DNA of 64,000 nt, from the NCBI GenBank assembly GCA_004764695.1, contig SMSO01000004.1, forward strand, positions 930,001 to 994,000, read 5' to 3'. The position numbers and the translations under genes were made by a program. The notes under the pieces are model-generated. The model had not been told where the DNA came from, searched no databases, and worked only from the letters and a program-made list of their open reading frames with translations. Source of the stretch: Schizochytrium sp. TIO01 (lineage: Eukaryota > Protista > Bigyra: Labyrinthulomycetes). Numbering within the stretch: the first letter of the stretch is position 1; each line of letters starts with the position of its first letter. Shown here piece after piece: positions 45,337 through 56,863 of this stretch.

Positions 45337-47448
45337 CTACTTCCCAGGCTTCTCCTTTGAGGGGGACTCGCCTGGCTTCTGAGCGCCCGGACTCTTGCGA
45401 GGGGGCTTCGGTCGACGGCCCTTTTCATCATTGCCGCGAACGGTAATACGCAGAGGCACACCGCCCATACCAAAGTGCTTGGTGATACTATTCTGGAGGA
45501 AGCGTTTGTATGAGTCAGGCAAGATGCTTGATTTTGCCTTCATGCGGTTTACAAATGCTACAAAAGTAGGTGGTCGAGTTGAGGCTTGGGTGATGTATTT
45601 GATCTTCAAAGGTCCAGAGCGCATCCGACCGTCCTTAACCTTAACGCCCTTCGAAGCAGGCGGGCGCTGTTGCATCTGTGCCATTGCAAGCCACTCATTG
45701 AGCTTGTGCGTGGGAATACGCGACCGCCAACGATCATATGTTTCAATGACTGTCGGCAGCAGCTCATTCACGCCAACACCCTCAAGAGCTGACATCGGAA
45801 CAACGGGGATGCCGCTTGCCATCGGAATTGCAGCCTCCACATGATTTCGCACAAACTCAATCACGTCCATGTTAGCATTCGTTGCTGCGATGTGCGCCTC
45901 TGCCAAATCGCATTTATTAGCAGCAACGACTAAGCCACGTCCTTCATCAAGAACTCGACGAATGATCTCCAAGTCGTGCTTACTAAGTGGTCCAGTTGAC
46001 TCTGGATCGCGTGCCTGTGCCATGACATCAATCACTACAATCACCACAGATGACCGGTCCAATGCCCTCAGCGAGCTTTGAATAGACAGATCCTCGAGAT
46101 TGGCATCAAGCTTATTTGTCTTTCCCAGCCGCAAATCTGTATTCACACGCTTTCGTGCCTCTGCTTCCGCGCGTGCACCACTTGCCCCAAACAGCCTTGT
46201 TCGAGATCTAATTCCAGCTGTGTCAACAAGTCGCAAACGGCGATCGTTGTACTCCCAATCAATCGCAATTGCATCTCGGGTCAGACCTGGCATGGGGCCA
46301 GCGATACACCTCTGCTCACCAATAATTGTGTTCACTAAAGTGGACTTTCCCACATTGGGTCTTCCAACAATCGCAATATGCAAAGCATCACGCCGTTCCT
46401 CCATGCGCCTTACCAGCTTTGCTCCAGTGGCAGGGGCCTCGTTAGCGGCAACCTCTGACACCAGGATAGCTTCCTCAGCGAGGTTCTCAGCAGAATTTGA
46501 GGCGATGAACTTCTCCCGAGCAAGCTTGGCTTTAACACCACTCTCAATAGCAAATGGAAGAAGGGCGTTGTGGACATCGCCAAAACCTTGTCCATGCTCC
46601 GCAGAGACTGGAATGGGTTCTCCGAATGTGAGTTTGTAGCAATCCACGAGAAACTGGCGCCAGTGTTGGTCACCATCGACTGCCCACGAGAATGCCTCTC
46701 CACGGCCTTCAGATTTGTTAGCTAGCAACACGAATCCTGTTGAGAGTACAGTTCCGTTCTCATCGCGGATTCCATGCGAGGTTCGGACCTGTCGTCGAAC
46801 CCATCGTGCGAGCTCAACATCTTCGGGACTAATGCCCTCTTGAGCATCCACGACCATCATTACCACATCTGCACGATGAATTGCTTGTGACATTTGGAAA
46901 TGCATAGCATCCACAAGCTCAGTACCATGCATTGGCGCAAGAAGCTCTGTAGGTCGCTGACGTTTTTTCTGCGCGATGTTTTCAAAACCGCCAGTATCGC
47001 ACAGCATGAAGTCCAAGCCGCCCAGAGCTCCCTCGCCTTCCTTGCGATCGCGAGTGGTACCAGGAACTGCGCTCACAATGGCGTCACGCTTGCTTACCAT
47101 TCGGTTGTAGATTGTGGACTTGCCCACGTTTGGTCGACCCACAAGCACTACAGAGAATTTACCAAGGTCAAAGTCATGCTTGGGAGCGCCGCGCGACGTG
47201 AGGACACCCTCACGTTTACGCAATACATCACCAGTCTCAATGGCCTGAAGACCGTGGCGAACGGCATCTGCAACTTCAGCGTCACCTACAAGGCGGCTCT
47301 CGTGGGCCTGATTTGAAGTAACGTCAGAGCTTAGGAATCTACGCGATAAACCTGAGACACTCCGAGGTCCGAGCAGAGGCAACCCACGAGAGGAAGCACA
47401 TACTTGGTATACTTGAAGACGTTGTTGGCGCAGGATTGAAGAAATCAT
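45337..47448 (-). CDS. der: Ribosome biogenesis double GTPase Der/EngA, organelle-targeted (probably mitochondrial)
   Basis: Two GRPNVGKS P-loops, GTTRD/GLTRD, DTGG/DTAG, NKSE/NKCD, KH-like C-terminus (KIKYITQ..RPPTF). N-terminal presequence-like MISSILRQQRL...RRFLSS. Confidence 0.95.
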   Translation of the reverse strand: MISSILRQQRLQVYQVCASSRGLPLLGPRSVSGLSRRFLSSDVTSNQAHESRLVGDAEVADAVRHGLQAIETGDVLRKREGVLTSRGAPKHDFDLGKFSVVLVGRPNVGKSTIYNRMVSKRDAIVSAVPGTTRDRKEGEGALGGLDFMLCDTGGFENIAQKKRQRPTELLAPMHGTELVDAMHFQMSQAIHRADVVMMVVDAQEGISPEDVELARWVRRQVRTSHGIRDENGTVLSTGFVLLANKSEGRGEAFSWAVDGDQHWRQFLVDCYKLTFGEPIPVSAEHGQGFGDVHNALLPFAIESGVKAKLAREKFIASNSAENLAEEAILVSEVAANEAPATGAKLVRRMEERRDALHIAIVGRPNVGKSTLVNTIIGEQRCIAGPMPGLTRDAIAIDWEYNDRRLRLVDTAGIRSRTRLFGASGARAEAEARKRVNTDLRLGKTNKLDANLEDLSIQSSLRALDRSSVVIVVIDVMAQARDPESTGPLSKHDLEIIRRVLDEGRGLVVAANKCDLAEAHIAATNANMDVIEFVRNHVEAAIPMASGIPVVPMSALEGVGVNELLPTVIETYDRWRSRIPTHKLNEWLAMAQMQQRPPASKGVKVKDGRMRSGPLKIKYITQASTRPPTFVAFVNRMKAKSSILPDSYKRFLQNSITKHFGMGGVPLRITVRGNDEKGRRPKPPRKSPGAQKPGESPSKEKPGK

Positions 47449-47651
47449 TTTGTTTTGATTGAAGGATCACTTTGTTTGATGAGCAAAAATTGTCAAATCC
47501 CACAGAGCGCCAGATCTCGTAGCTGCTGTTGTTTTTCTTGTTTTTCTTGTTTTTCTTGTTTCTGCTGTTTCTGTTGCTCTTGTATTATGCAGTAGTTATG
47601 CAGTAGCGTCGGTTGCAGAGCGACCAATGCTCACAGCTCGCTCTGCTTGGA

Positions 47652-47918
47652 CTAGGTAGACGCGTCTGTTCCCTGAGTTGCCTTGGCTACAACCTTGGAG
47701 GTGGCCTCCACAAAGGGTAGCAGCACCTGCTGGCGGTGCTGCACGAGGCAGTTCGCGTGGGCGTCAAGAACGCGCAACTCCGAGCGCAAGCTGGCGATCT
47801 CTGCTGCAATGGCCTCGTACGCCGTCTCCGCGCGTACGGAAGCAGAAGGTTCTGCGTTGGCCGGGGTGTTGGAGGAGCTAGAGCTGGAGGAGAAGGCGCC
47901 TCGGGAAGAGAAGTCCAT
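47652..47918 (-). CDS. Small coiled-coil protein (88 aa), weakly DASH/Dam1 small-subunit-like
   Basis: ATG at 47918; GC-rich, coding-like codons in an AT-rich context; heptad helix YEAIAAEIASLRSELRVLD. Confidence 0.55.
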   Translation of the reverse strand: MDFSSRGAFSSSSSSSNTPANAEPSASVRAETAYEAIAAEIASLRSELRVLDAHANCLVQHRQQVLLPFVEATSKVVAKATQGTDAST

Positions 47919-50900
47919 GACCACTCAAGTCTATGTAATGTATTATATTGGAGAGATATGTATTTATTTACTTATTTATTTATTCACTCATTCACTCATT
48001 CAGTGATTTATTCATTGATTCATTCATTTATTCAATCAATCAATGTCTCATTTACCCTCATATTCTCTGCTTTCAAGGTGGGAAATCTTCTTCAATCAAT
48101 CAAATCAATCAAGCAACTCCAAATCAGCAGCAAAACCTGTCATTGCAAGGCATGCATGCGGACGTAGGTGCGGTACTTTATTGTTGCCTAATTGTGACGA
48201 TCAATTAAGGAAGCAACAAGCAAGAGATCAACGCGCGCGGAACTTGGATACTCTCAGCAAAGAACCAACATTTCCAGCCAACAATCATCTGTTCACAAGA
48301 GAGAAAAGCCAGCCAACAATGAGGTTCACAACGAGGAATCAACAAAAAATAGCAGAATAGCCAACAACAAACTCTACGCAGGTACTAACTAACCATCTAT
48401 TACAGCGCTTCATTTACACTTTACCTTTTATTCTTATCTACCTACGACTACATAACATAGAGAAATGACCTGCTAGCAAAGATAGCTAACTGCTATATAG
48501 CACATCCTCTAGCCGGCGTAGCTAGCATATATGGTAGTAGTAGTATTCCTAAAACTGCTTTTCTGTAGTGCGATGGTGAAAGCACGCACGTTCCTTGGCT
48601 ACCCATGGAGTGTAATCGCCAGCTTTGATGAGCTGAAAGGGTCCTTCATGGGCAATGGAGTTCGATATCATAATCAATAATAAATTTCAAGTGAAAACCA
48701 GGAAAAGCAACCTGCCGCTTAGGATACAGACAGGGATTCCTTGGCATTGTTATGCTGATCCAGAATACATTTTATTCTTCTTCCGTTTTGAAAGGTTAAG
48801 TACAACTCAGAAGATAGGTGGCAACCTATTTACGGACGCCGCGACCTCTAGTTGGAGTACTGATGCTAATCTACCCTATACCAAAACACTGCAATGCGCT
48901 GGTCTGATCCCCCCATATCTTGGCATTATATTTGACCCGAAATACACTGTACTCCGTTAAACCCAGAGCACTTAATTGACCCTTAGTTAGGGAGAACTCG
49001 ATAAGTTGCTGAGAGGATGGAGTTTCTCAGCAAGCAAGCAAGCATTCATTTATGAACCTAGGTATCTATGCATCTACCTATCTACGCATGTATCTGATGA
49101 TATCACCAGAAAAGCGCATTAAACTACAGCGTAATACAAATTACACAAGGAATCTCGAAACTTCTCAGAATAAGTAAAATCTCCTATCATATAGTAGTAG
49201 CTATATAACAGTGGGAAGGAAGGTCCTTGTTTCATACCTTCTTTTCCATTTCTCTGTTTCCTTTTCTTTTCCTTTTCGAAATGGAAGAGGAAAAAGAAAA
49301 AACTACGCGAAGAACCTCTTTTTCTTCTCTTTCTTTTCTTTTCTTTTCTTTTCTTTGTTCTGTTCTTTACGTAAGTACCTCATAAAAACTTTTATTTATT
49401 TATTGTTTTTTAATAAAATAAGAATAACAAATACTTAGGCCTACATTTATACTTTATAGATAACCTGAAACAATATTTAACTTATTTTATTTTATTTATA
49501 TAAATTTAAAAAGTCGTTTCTTTAGGGAACAGCTAGTTATATTTTAGTTCTATTACCCCCGGAACAGGGGTAGTTTTGTGAACAAAGGAAATTACGAGAA
49601 TCAAGGTCATAGTAGTAGGTAGGACCATGGACTAATAAAACAGTGCCTTTCTCTCTATATACTACATAGTACTATTGCTTTGGTATGCTCCTCTCGCGAC
49701 TAAGGACCTAATCAAAGGAGCATTCTGTTATAGCATGTTAGTACAGAGCTACAATTACGGTAGATGCTCTTGTGTTCACGGGTAGTTTTACTTGGGTCGT
49801 TCGTCAGCCTTGTCAGGACAAGTGGTCAATAGGTCTATCTATTTATTGGGAATCTCTCTCTTCCTGGTCGGCTTTTAGATTGTGTTGCTGTATCCAGGCC
49901 CCGTTGTATCTAGTTGGTTTTTTGTTTAAAGGCAACTTCTGTTCTTTATAAAAACAATTCACCAAGTAGTGAGCAGAGGATAAATGAAGATATTAAAAAG
50001 TCTATTGGATTAACTTGCACATCCTCAGAAAGAGTAATGAAAGAAGTGGCTTCTCGCGGCATCCAACTGTAGGGCTCTGCTAAATGCTCAATTTTTCTCA
50101 CTAAATGTGGTCTCATATAAGTAAGGGGACTATTGTGCATGATATGAAGGTGTGCCTCAATTTGATTTTGATGCTGAGATAGCATAAACTACAAATTAGA
50201 ATATGTGAAAGCTACATTTTGTTATTCACACGATAGGTTGTGAACATGTCCTTTGCTTGAAGTGATATTAGTAATAAATAGTTTGGGAATAAACTAATTG
50301 GGTCTTGGAAAACAGATGCTTGTTTGAGACTGCTCCCGCGTAAATACACATTGATAATGATCGTGAGTATGTTTCCAAGGTTTGAAGTTTTTTTTGAATC
50401 TGCTCTTTCTACAGTAGTGTACTGAATATTTACTCCGTTCTGCCAGGCATCAAACCAGAAATATCGCTATGTTGTAATCACAGTGTGAGATGTACAACAT
50501 AATCCGCCGCGGGGAGGGTATCTCATGTTAATTTGTTCATGGAACGTGAGAAGCAAAATATAGGCTCTCGACACTCCGATGCTGAGGTTGGCACAATGAC
50601 AATAATATGCTTATGTGTAAATCGCTCTCGACCCTTTTTAACGACAAAAAAATTGATATGCAAGAGGCAACTTCCCCTTTTGGTTAATATAAGTACAATA
50701 CTCACAAGGACAACGCAGCTGATTACTGGAATAATGTGCTTAAAGATACTAGAAATACACGATGAAATATCTGTATTGACTTCTGAAATGTTCAATCAAA
50801 GTAACTGGTGATTAGGCATTCTAAGGTAGAGCATCAAGTACTTAGACTTACATTGGAATAGAACCACACATCCAGACTTGCGTGGTTGAGAAAACATGAA

Positions 50901-52357
50901 CCAAAAGTGTACATTCACATTCCCTGGAATCTGAATTAATAATTGAAGAGACGAGTTAACCTCTAGCCTCGTCAGTTATGTCTAGCACAGATTATATATG
51001 GCTTAGACTCACAAAATTTAGCATGGATCAGTCTACCTTGGGCTTCAAGGACAACAGATCGCTAGATCTTTAAGCCGTAGATTATTATACCTTCTCAAGC
51101 CTTCTCAAAATCTTCGTCAATTATTATGCCCTCATCTTCGTAGCCAACTTCTAGCTAATTGCACTCGTCTTGCAGCAATCACTTTGAAGAAAGCCTTAGC
51201 ATTGAAGTTAACATGCACACAAACAGGGGCAGGCAGTAGTTCATTCATGTGCATGCATTATGAAAATTAACGTGCAAGTTTCTTACCATGAGCGATATCA
51301 TTGGAGATAGCTATTTCTTAGAGTGCTGCAGTCTGCACCTCTTTTGAACTTTGGAAAACTAAAGGTGTAAGACAGCTTTTAATGTGGTACTAAATGAGAC
51401 TCAGAACTGAAAAGGTAACAGAATACGTGATTATGAGTAGTTCAAAATGAGTTCGGAATCGTCCCGATTATCGCTATTCAGAGTAATAAATATATATGTA
51501 TATATTCGCGGGCCGCGCATTAGAATGACCTTTGAGCCCATTATACTTATTGTCTAATAAACAACATGAGTTTCTGTCTCGAACCGAGATATGCGAGTAG
51601 CTTCTTCTTCTTTCCTTCATAGAACAAAAGTGGTATACTTCAAGAAGAAAGAGGAAAGTAAACAAACAACTCACATGCGAACCCTTGGCATAGAAAAGAA
51701 GTAAAGGGTAGTGTGTATTCATTTGTAATGTGCAAAAGCCACCGACAAGCGTTAACGTTCAGCAACGCACTCGCTCTTGTTTTTAACATAGTTGATTTTA
51801 AATTTTAAATGTGTTCTTCCTCATTTATCAGATAGCTGGTTTGATCTTGGTAGAATTTGAAATATGCAATATAGGGTTGCATAAAATTCAAGGTTCTCAA
51901 AAGGATGTCAGTTATTTTTACTTAGGTAAGAGTTTCTGCAAGTGTTTTGTTTGCTTGAGTCTCTGGTAAACATATGCAATTTTCGATAGTTTGTAGATCG
52001 ATTGCAGAGTAGTATCAAACCCATGATTTAACGTAATTTTTATTTCATCTGGCTAGAACGACGTGCTTCATCATTTCTCTACTTCTGATGAAGAAGGCAA
52101 ATGGCTTGACTTCCCTTCGACTTGTGGCTTACAATAAAATATGTTACCAAAATGTTATAACAATCATTTGTAAAGCAGCCATCTAGAAAGTTAAAGGCCC
52201 TATGCATTTTTCACATGAATTACCGCCAGTCCGCCTGATATATTTTAAATACAAGGCCTATATCTGTCCGTTTATGGGCCGGTATTAATTCTATGGCAAC
52301 ATTATTTTCGTGATAAGCTCTGCTCTTGCACTTTACTAAAAGCAATTTTGTATGCGT

Positions 52358-52526
52358 GCATGACGTATTGCATGGAACTTGTATTAGGGTGTTCAAAAAC
52401 GATGCATGATACATGATTCATAAATGACAGTATACTGACAGCATGACACATTCCATGGAACTTGTATTAGGGTGTTCAAAAACGATGCATGATACATGAT
52501 TCATAAATGAAAGTATACTGACAGCA
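52358..52526. repeat. 83-bp tandem duplication (2 copies, ~4 mismatches)
   Basis: catggaacttgtattagggtgttcaaaaacgatgcatgatacatgattcataaatga... at 52371 and 52454. Confidence 0.95.
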
Positions 52527-52998
52527 CTCGTAATCTCAAGAATATCAAAATTGTATTGTATGAACCAACAATTAAGTGTTGCCTAATCAAAGAACTCCTC
52601 TATATGCTGAAAGATTACCACAACATACATACAGTCAGGTTTGATTCGCTATGAATGCATACCTAATCAACTACAATTATGCGACGTTTCAACTTTTTTA
52701 TTTCACATTTTATTCATTTCCAGGACACTATTGTCCTCATTTTACCTAATTGACTTTTTGTTGGACAAAACTGATGTTCAATCTTTATCTCTTACTTGTC
52801 GGAGTTTAACATTTCTCATCATCTGTGTGATCGGATAAATTCCACATTGCAAACTTCGTGAATACGAACTTATGATTACATACTAACACCTCTCAAAGCC
52901 TGCTTCTTTTGTCGAATTTTATAAATATTGATGAAGATATACCCCCAAGAAGATTTGAAATTAGTCTTACACTAATCCTTTGCGAGATAAAACATTAT

Positions 52999-54243
52999 CT
53001 AACTCAAAAACTTGGAATACAAATGTAAAAACCTCGAATTCGGCGCAAATGCCAGAATCAGAAGCAGTGCAAAGGATGCCATAAGCATTGAGGTTTGTGG
53101 CAAACGGCGATGATCTACGATGTTAACACATGCCAGGGTGAGAAAGATCATTTGTACTATTGGGAGCGGCACTCCAATACCAACAAAGGTCCAGCGACCT
53201 AGAAGGGTAGCAAGACTTGGCAAGAGAAATGCAGAGTATATGCCACGATGACCCTTTGCAGCAATGCATGGAATCCAATAGCTAGGTCTCCATAGGGCGT
53301 GACCCAAATTCCCCGAATCTTGATCCGCAGTAGATTCCCAAATGATTAAATCAATTGCTTCTAATGTTCGTAGGCTCTGCCAAATAATCACAGCGAAAGG
53401 ACTCGGGAGACACACCACTATTGAAAATATAGCACTTGCCATGGAAAGAATAAATTGCATCAACCTTGCTTGCTGAGCGACTTGTTCATAGCTCCACTCT
53501 TTCACTTTCTGTTTTTTGTTCTGTTTTTTCCCTTTCGAACCCTTATTACTACTTCCTTGTTTAGAAGAAAGCACGCGAGATATATCACCGCCATTTTGCG
53601 CCCCTGAATCAACGCGCATGGCATTTTCATTTTCAATCTCGTTGCGATTGATTGCGTCAATCTTGAATTCCAATGCAGTAAAGGCAGATGGGGCTCCCAT
53701 TGTTTCTTGAAAGACCTCTTGATCTCGAAATTCTTGTTTGGCAATAACCCATCGAGCAGTCCAGAAGATCACCATATCCTCCACCACAAGCAAGGCTAGA
53801 ATTCTAAGGATTTCCTCCAGGGCAAGTACCGCAACTCTCGTCATGCTGTCAATCTCCTCAATCCCGACATTCGATGAAGAAACTCCATGAAGGCCACTTA
53901 GATCTGCTTTTCCTAATTGTCCCAATAAAGTAGATTTTTTTCTAATTTCATGACCTGCTCGGAGAGCAATATCCACATCCAGAGCGAAAGCCAGAACTAT
54001 TGCAGCTAGAGTCGCTCGGATGACGCTTGAGAAGCTACAAGAGACCCGAATATCTTTTATTACTTTTGGTTGGGTCTTGTTAACCTCTGCAAGACCCCCT
54101 TTCTTGGTCTCAGCTTCGCTTTTATCTTCTTCGATGCTGTTTCCAACTGAGTGAGTGCATCGCCAGAGTCCTGCTGCTAGAGCTTGCAACAAAACCTGAG
54201 TCCCTGCGCACGTGGCTGCTGCGGTCTGACCTGACCAAGGCAT
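52999..54243 (-). CDS. Multi-pass membrane protein, degenerate fatty acid hydroxylase/sterol C4-methyl oxidase-like
   Basis: Long ORF; first ATG at 54243 (the track start is a TTG directly after a stop). Motifs KTQPKV, EILRILALLVVEDMVIFWTARW and WQSLRTLEAID resemble SMO1/ERG25 but lack the His boxes. The CDS is well supported; the family call is moderate. Confidence 0.7.
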   Translation of the reverse strand: MPWSGQTAAATCAGTQVLLQALAAGLWRCTHSVGNSIEEDKSEAETKKGGLAEVNKTQPKVIKDIRVSCSFSSVIRATLAAIVLAFALDVDIALRAGHEIRKKSTLLGQLGKADLSGLHGVSSSNVGIEEIDSMTRVAVLALEEILRILALLVVEDMVIFWTARWVIAKQEFRDQEVFQETMGAPSAFTALEFKIDAINRNEIENENAMRVDSGAQNGGDISRVLSSKQGSSNKGSKGKKQNKKQKVKEWSYEQVAQQARLMQFILSMASAIFSIVVCLPSPFAVIIWQSLRTLEAIDLIIWESTADQDSGNLGHALWRPSYWIPCIAAKGHRGIYSAFLLPSLATLLGRWTFVGIGVPLPIVQMIFLTLACVNIVDHRRLPQTSMLMASFALLLILAFAPNSRFLHLYSKFLS

Positions 54244-54544
54244 CTCTGTTTTGATTTCCACGTGGAGGGCACTCAGAGCTTTAGGCTTTGGCGTTGATTT
54301 ACTTGTTCTTTTGTTTTCCGTCACTTCAACCAATCAACTCTTCTACCAAATAACTCTCTCGCATACCACTATCCAATTCTCTTGTTCTCCATCTCAACAT
54401 ATCTTCATACGTGAGCCAGAATCCTTAATAAGAGTCTAAAAGGTCGGGCAAGGCTCGGTTGGCTTTGTCCAAACTTGACGATATTTTGCTGACTTGAGTG
54501 TTGGAGCCATTGTGAACTTTTGTGGAGTTTCTTTTTGAAGCATC

Positions 54545-55462
54545 ATGTTTGGGCACCAAGGAGGTCGCCATGGGTTTCCTGGAGCCTTTGGCGGCATGGG
54601 CGGCCTGGGGCAGCATCGGAGGGGCCGTCGTGGTGGACAGGACCCTGTACTGATGTTGTTTATGTTGAGACTTCTTCAGCAGGTCAACGAACTGCCCGTG
54701 AAACCGCCTGTGACCTTGGGGCTTATGGGTCTGCAAGGGTGGCTCTTTGTGAATCCTCCACCATATTTTGACCGTGTTTCTGACGTGTGTATGAGCGCAT
54801 TCCACGTGCTACAGCGCGGGGAATATTATCGCGTGCTAGCTTCGAGTCTTTTCCATATGGATGCATACCACTTGTATTACAACATGTCGTCTTTTCTGGT
54901 AAAGGGCGTGGCACTGGAGCAGCGTTTGGGGAGCCCAGTTATGCTGGCAATGACACTGGCTTTGCTGATCGCGAGTAATTTAATTCATGTGATGCTCAGC
55001 GTGGCTCTCGATGACTGGATGACATGCTCGCTGGGTTTCTCTGGCGTGCTCTTCGCACTTAAAGTGATTGCCACTTATGATTTGCAAGATCCGAACCAGG
55101 ATGCGTACTTTTATGGAATTCGGCTTCCTTCAAAACACCTTGTGTGGGTTGAAATATTGTTGATTCAAGCCATGATGCCTGGCGCCTCATTTTTGGGTCA
55201 TGCCTCTGGGGCTCTTGCCGGTTTTGGCTTCCTCATGTGCAGGAAGATGGCACCGAGTCTGTTGCAGTGGATTCCTCGAGAACCACCTCGGACCTATGGT
55301 AGTGGTACGTGGGGCTTTCCCTCAGCTTGGACTACACCCTCCCAACAAAACAGACACGATGAGCCGCCTATGCCACCGCCAGAGTATGAGAATCGATATG
55401 TGTCTCCCGAAGAGCTACGCCAGCGTCGTGTAAATCATCTTGGCGGGGCGCGACGGTTCTGA
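54545..55462 (+). CDS. RHBDD1: Rhomboid intramembrane serine protease, RHBDD1/RHBDL4-like
   Basis: KPPVTL, H..HLYYNM, catalytic GFSG and GHASG, C-terminal VBM-like EELRQRRV. Confidence 0.88.
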   Translation: MFGHQGGRHGFPGAFGGMGGLGQHRRGRRGGQDPVLMLFMLRLLQQVNELPVKPPVTLGLMGLQGWLFVNPPPYFDRVSDVCMSAFHVLQRGEYYRVLASSLFHMDAYHLYYNMSSFLVKGVALEQRLGSPVMLAMTLALLIASNLIHVMLSVALDDWMTCSLGFSGVLFALKVIATYDLQDPNQDAYFYGIRLPSKHLVWVEILLIQAMMPGASFLGHASGALAGFGFLMCRKMAPSLLQWIPREPPRTYGSGTWGFPSAWTTPSQQNRHDEPPMPPPEYENRYVSPEELRQRRVNHLGGARRF

Positions 55463-56863
55463 TATTGCTAGTCTAAGGAAATTAGATATTTCCACATGCG
55501 TTTTTCAATTTGAAAGACTTACTTTCCTTCCGAAATTTGACGTTATATTTAAGAATTATTTTAAATCTATTGCTTGGGGAGAGGGAAGTCATGAGCAGAT
55601 CCTGTTTCATTTTCTAAGATAGAAACAGGCTGAAAGAACGTGGTAACAACATCTTTCGATTCTTCTTTCATTAACAAAATATAAATTTTCAAATCTTGTT
55701 GTTGGAGAGGAATATGGCACTAAACCAAACCTATAAATTTGCAAGCTTGAAATTGCATAGCATTGTGTAGTAGTGTTTAGTCTTTTTGAAAACCAGGATT
55801 AAAAGACGTTTGTTTCTCCCAACTTCAGCAAAAAGACACGGTTTGGCCTGCAGTTATATATGTATGTATATGTATATACATATGTATGTATGTATGTGTA
55901 TGTGATGAATGAAGAAAGCTTGGGAAAGAAATTGATCTTTGTCCACCGCAAATTTGACTTACATAAAATCAAACTTACAAACGCTCTTTTCAAGACATCG
56001 ATGAAAATTGATGTCACGACTTGCGAAACATCAAGAAAACAAGACCCGGTTGGTTAAGCCATCAAAAAAGGAGGAGTGCAAAATGTTGAAGAGAGAAAGA
56101 AGAGCACAGTGAAACAAAATCTGCGTCGTGACAAGTCTAAAAATACATCGAAACAAGGATAACGGGAGCTGGATTGACTCAAGAAATAGGAAAGAAAAGA
56201 ATTCGAAGGGGGGAAAATGTAATGTTTGTGAAAGAGTTGTGTTTGTTGTAAAGAGTAAAGGTCGGGCAATAAAGAAGCACAGAGTCTTAGCAGGCATGCA
56301 TGTGAATTTGAGCATTAAGAAACGCACCGTCCCCTTGACTTTTCCTCCTCTTCCTCCATCATGGCCCTCAGCACGAAGATCACACACCACCCTTACTACT
56401 ACTCAGCCGCCGGACCAGTGCGAGTCATACTTACACACCTGACCTGACCGAGTGAGAGAGAAAGATAAAAGTTCCCATTCAAGGGCCCAGCCGCAGTAGT
56501 TGGCTGCTGTCGGGTGATATGATGAGTATTGAGTGCTGAACAGCTCCACAATAATTGTGGTTGTAGTTATTGTCGTAGAGAATGTTGTGAGACCGTCCAG
56601 GGCAATAAATTGCCGAGAATAAAAAGCCTAACAACAATAAAGAGGAAGCAAAACCAAGCGAAACAAACAAGAAGAAGTCGAGGGAGAAGTCAACAATCGT
56701 TATAAAGAAGGTTGCTCCTGCCACCCTAGCGAAAAATAAACATCGAAACAGATTTGGTTTTCCATTCGCGAAGCTCTATCGCTCGAGTACGAAACTAGTT
56801 TGGCGGTCCCGTCAATGCTGGTAAATCCACTGCTTCACTGATTTGTGTGGCAATCAAGCAAGC

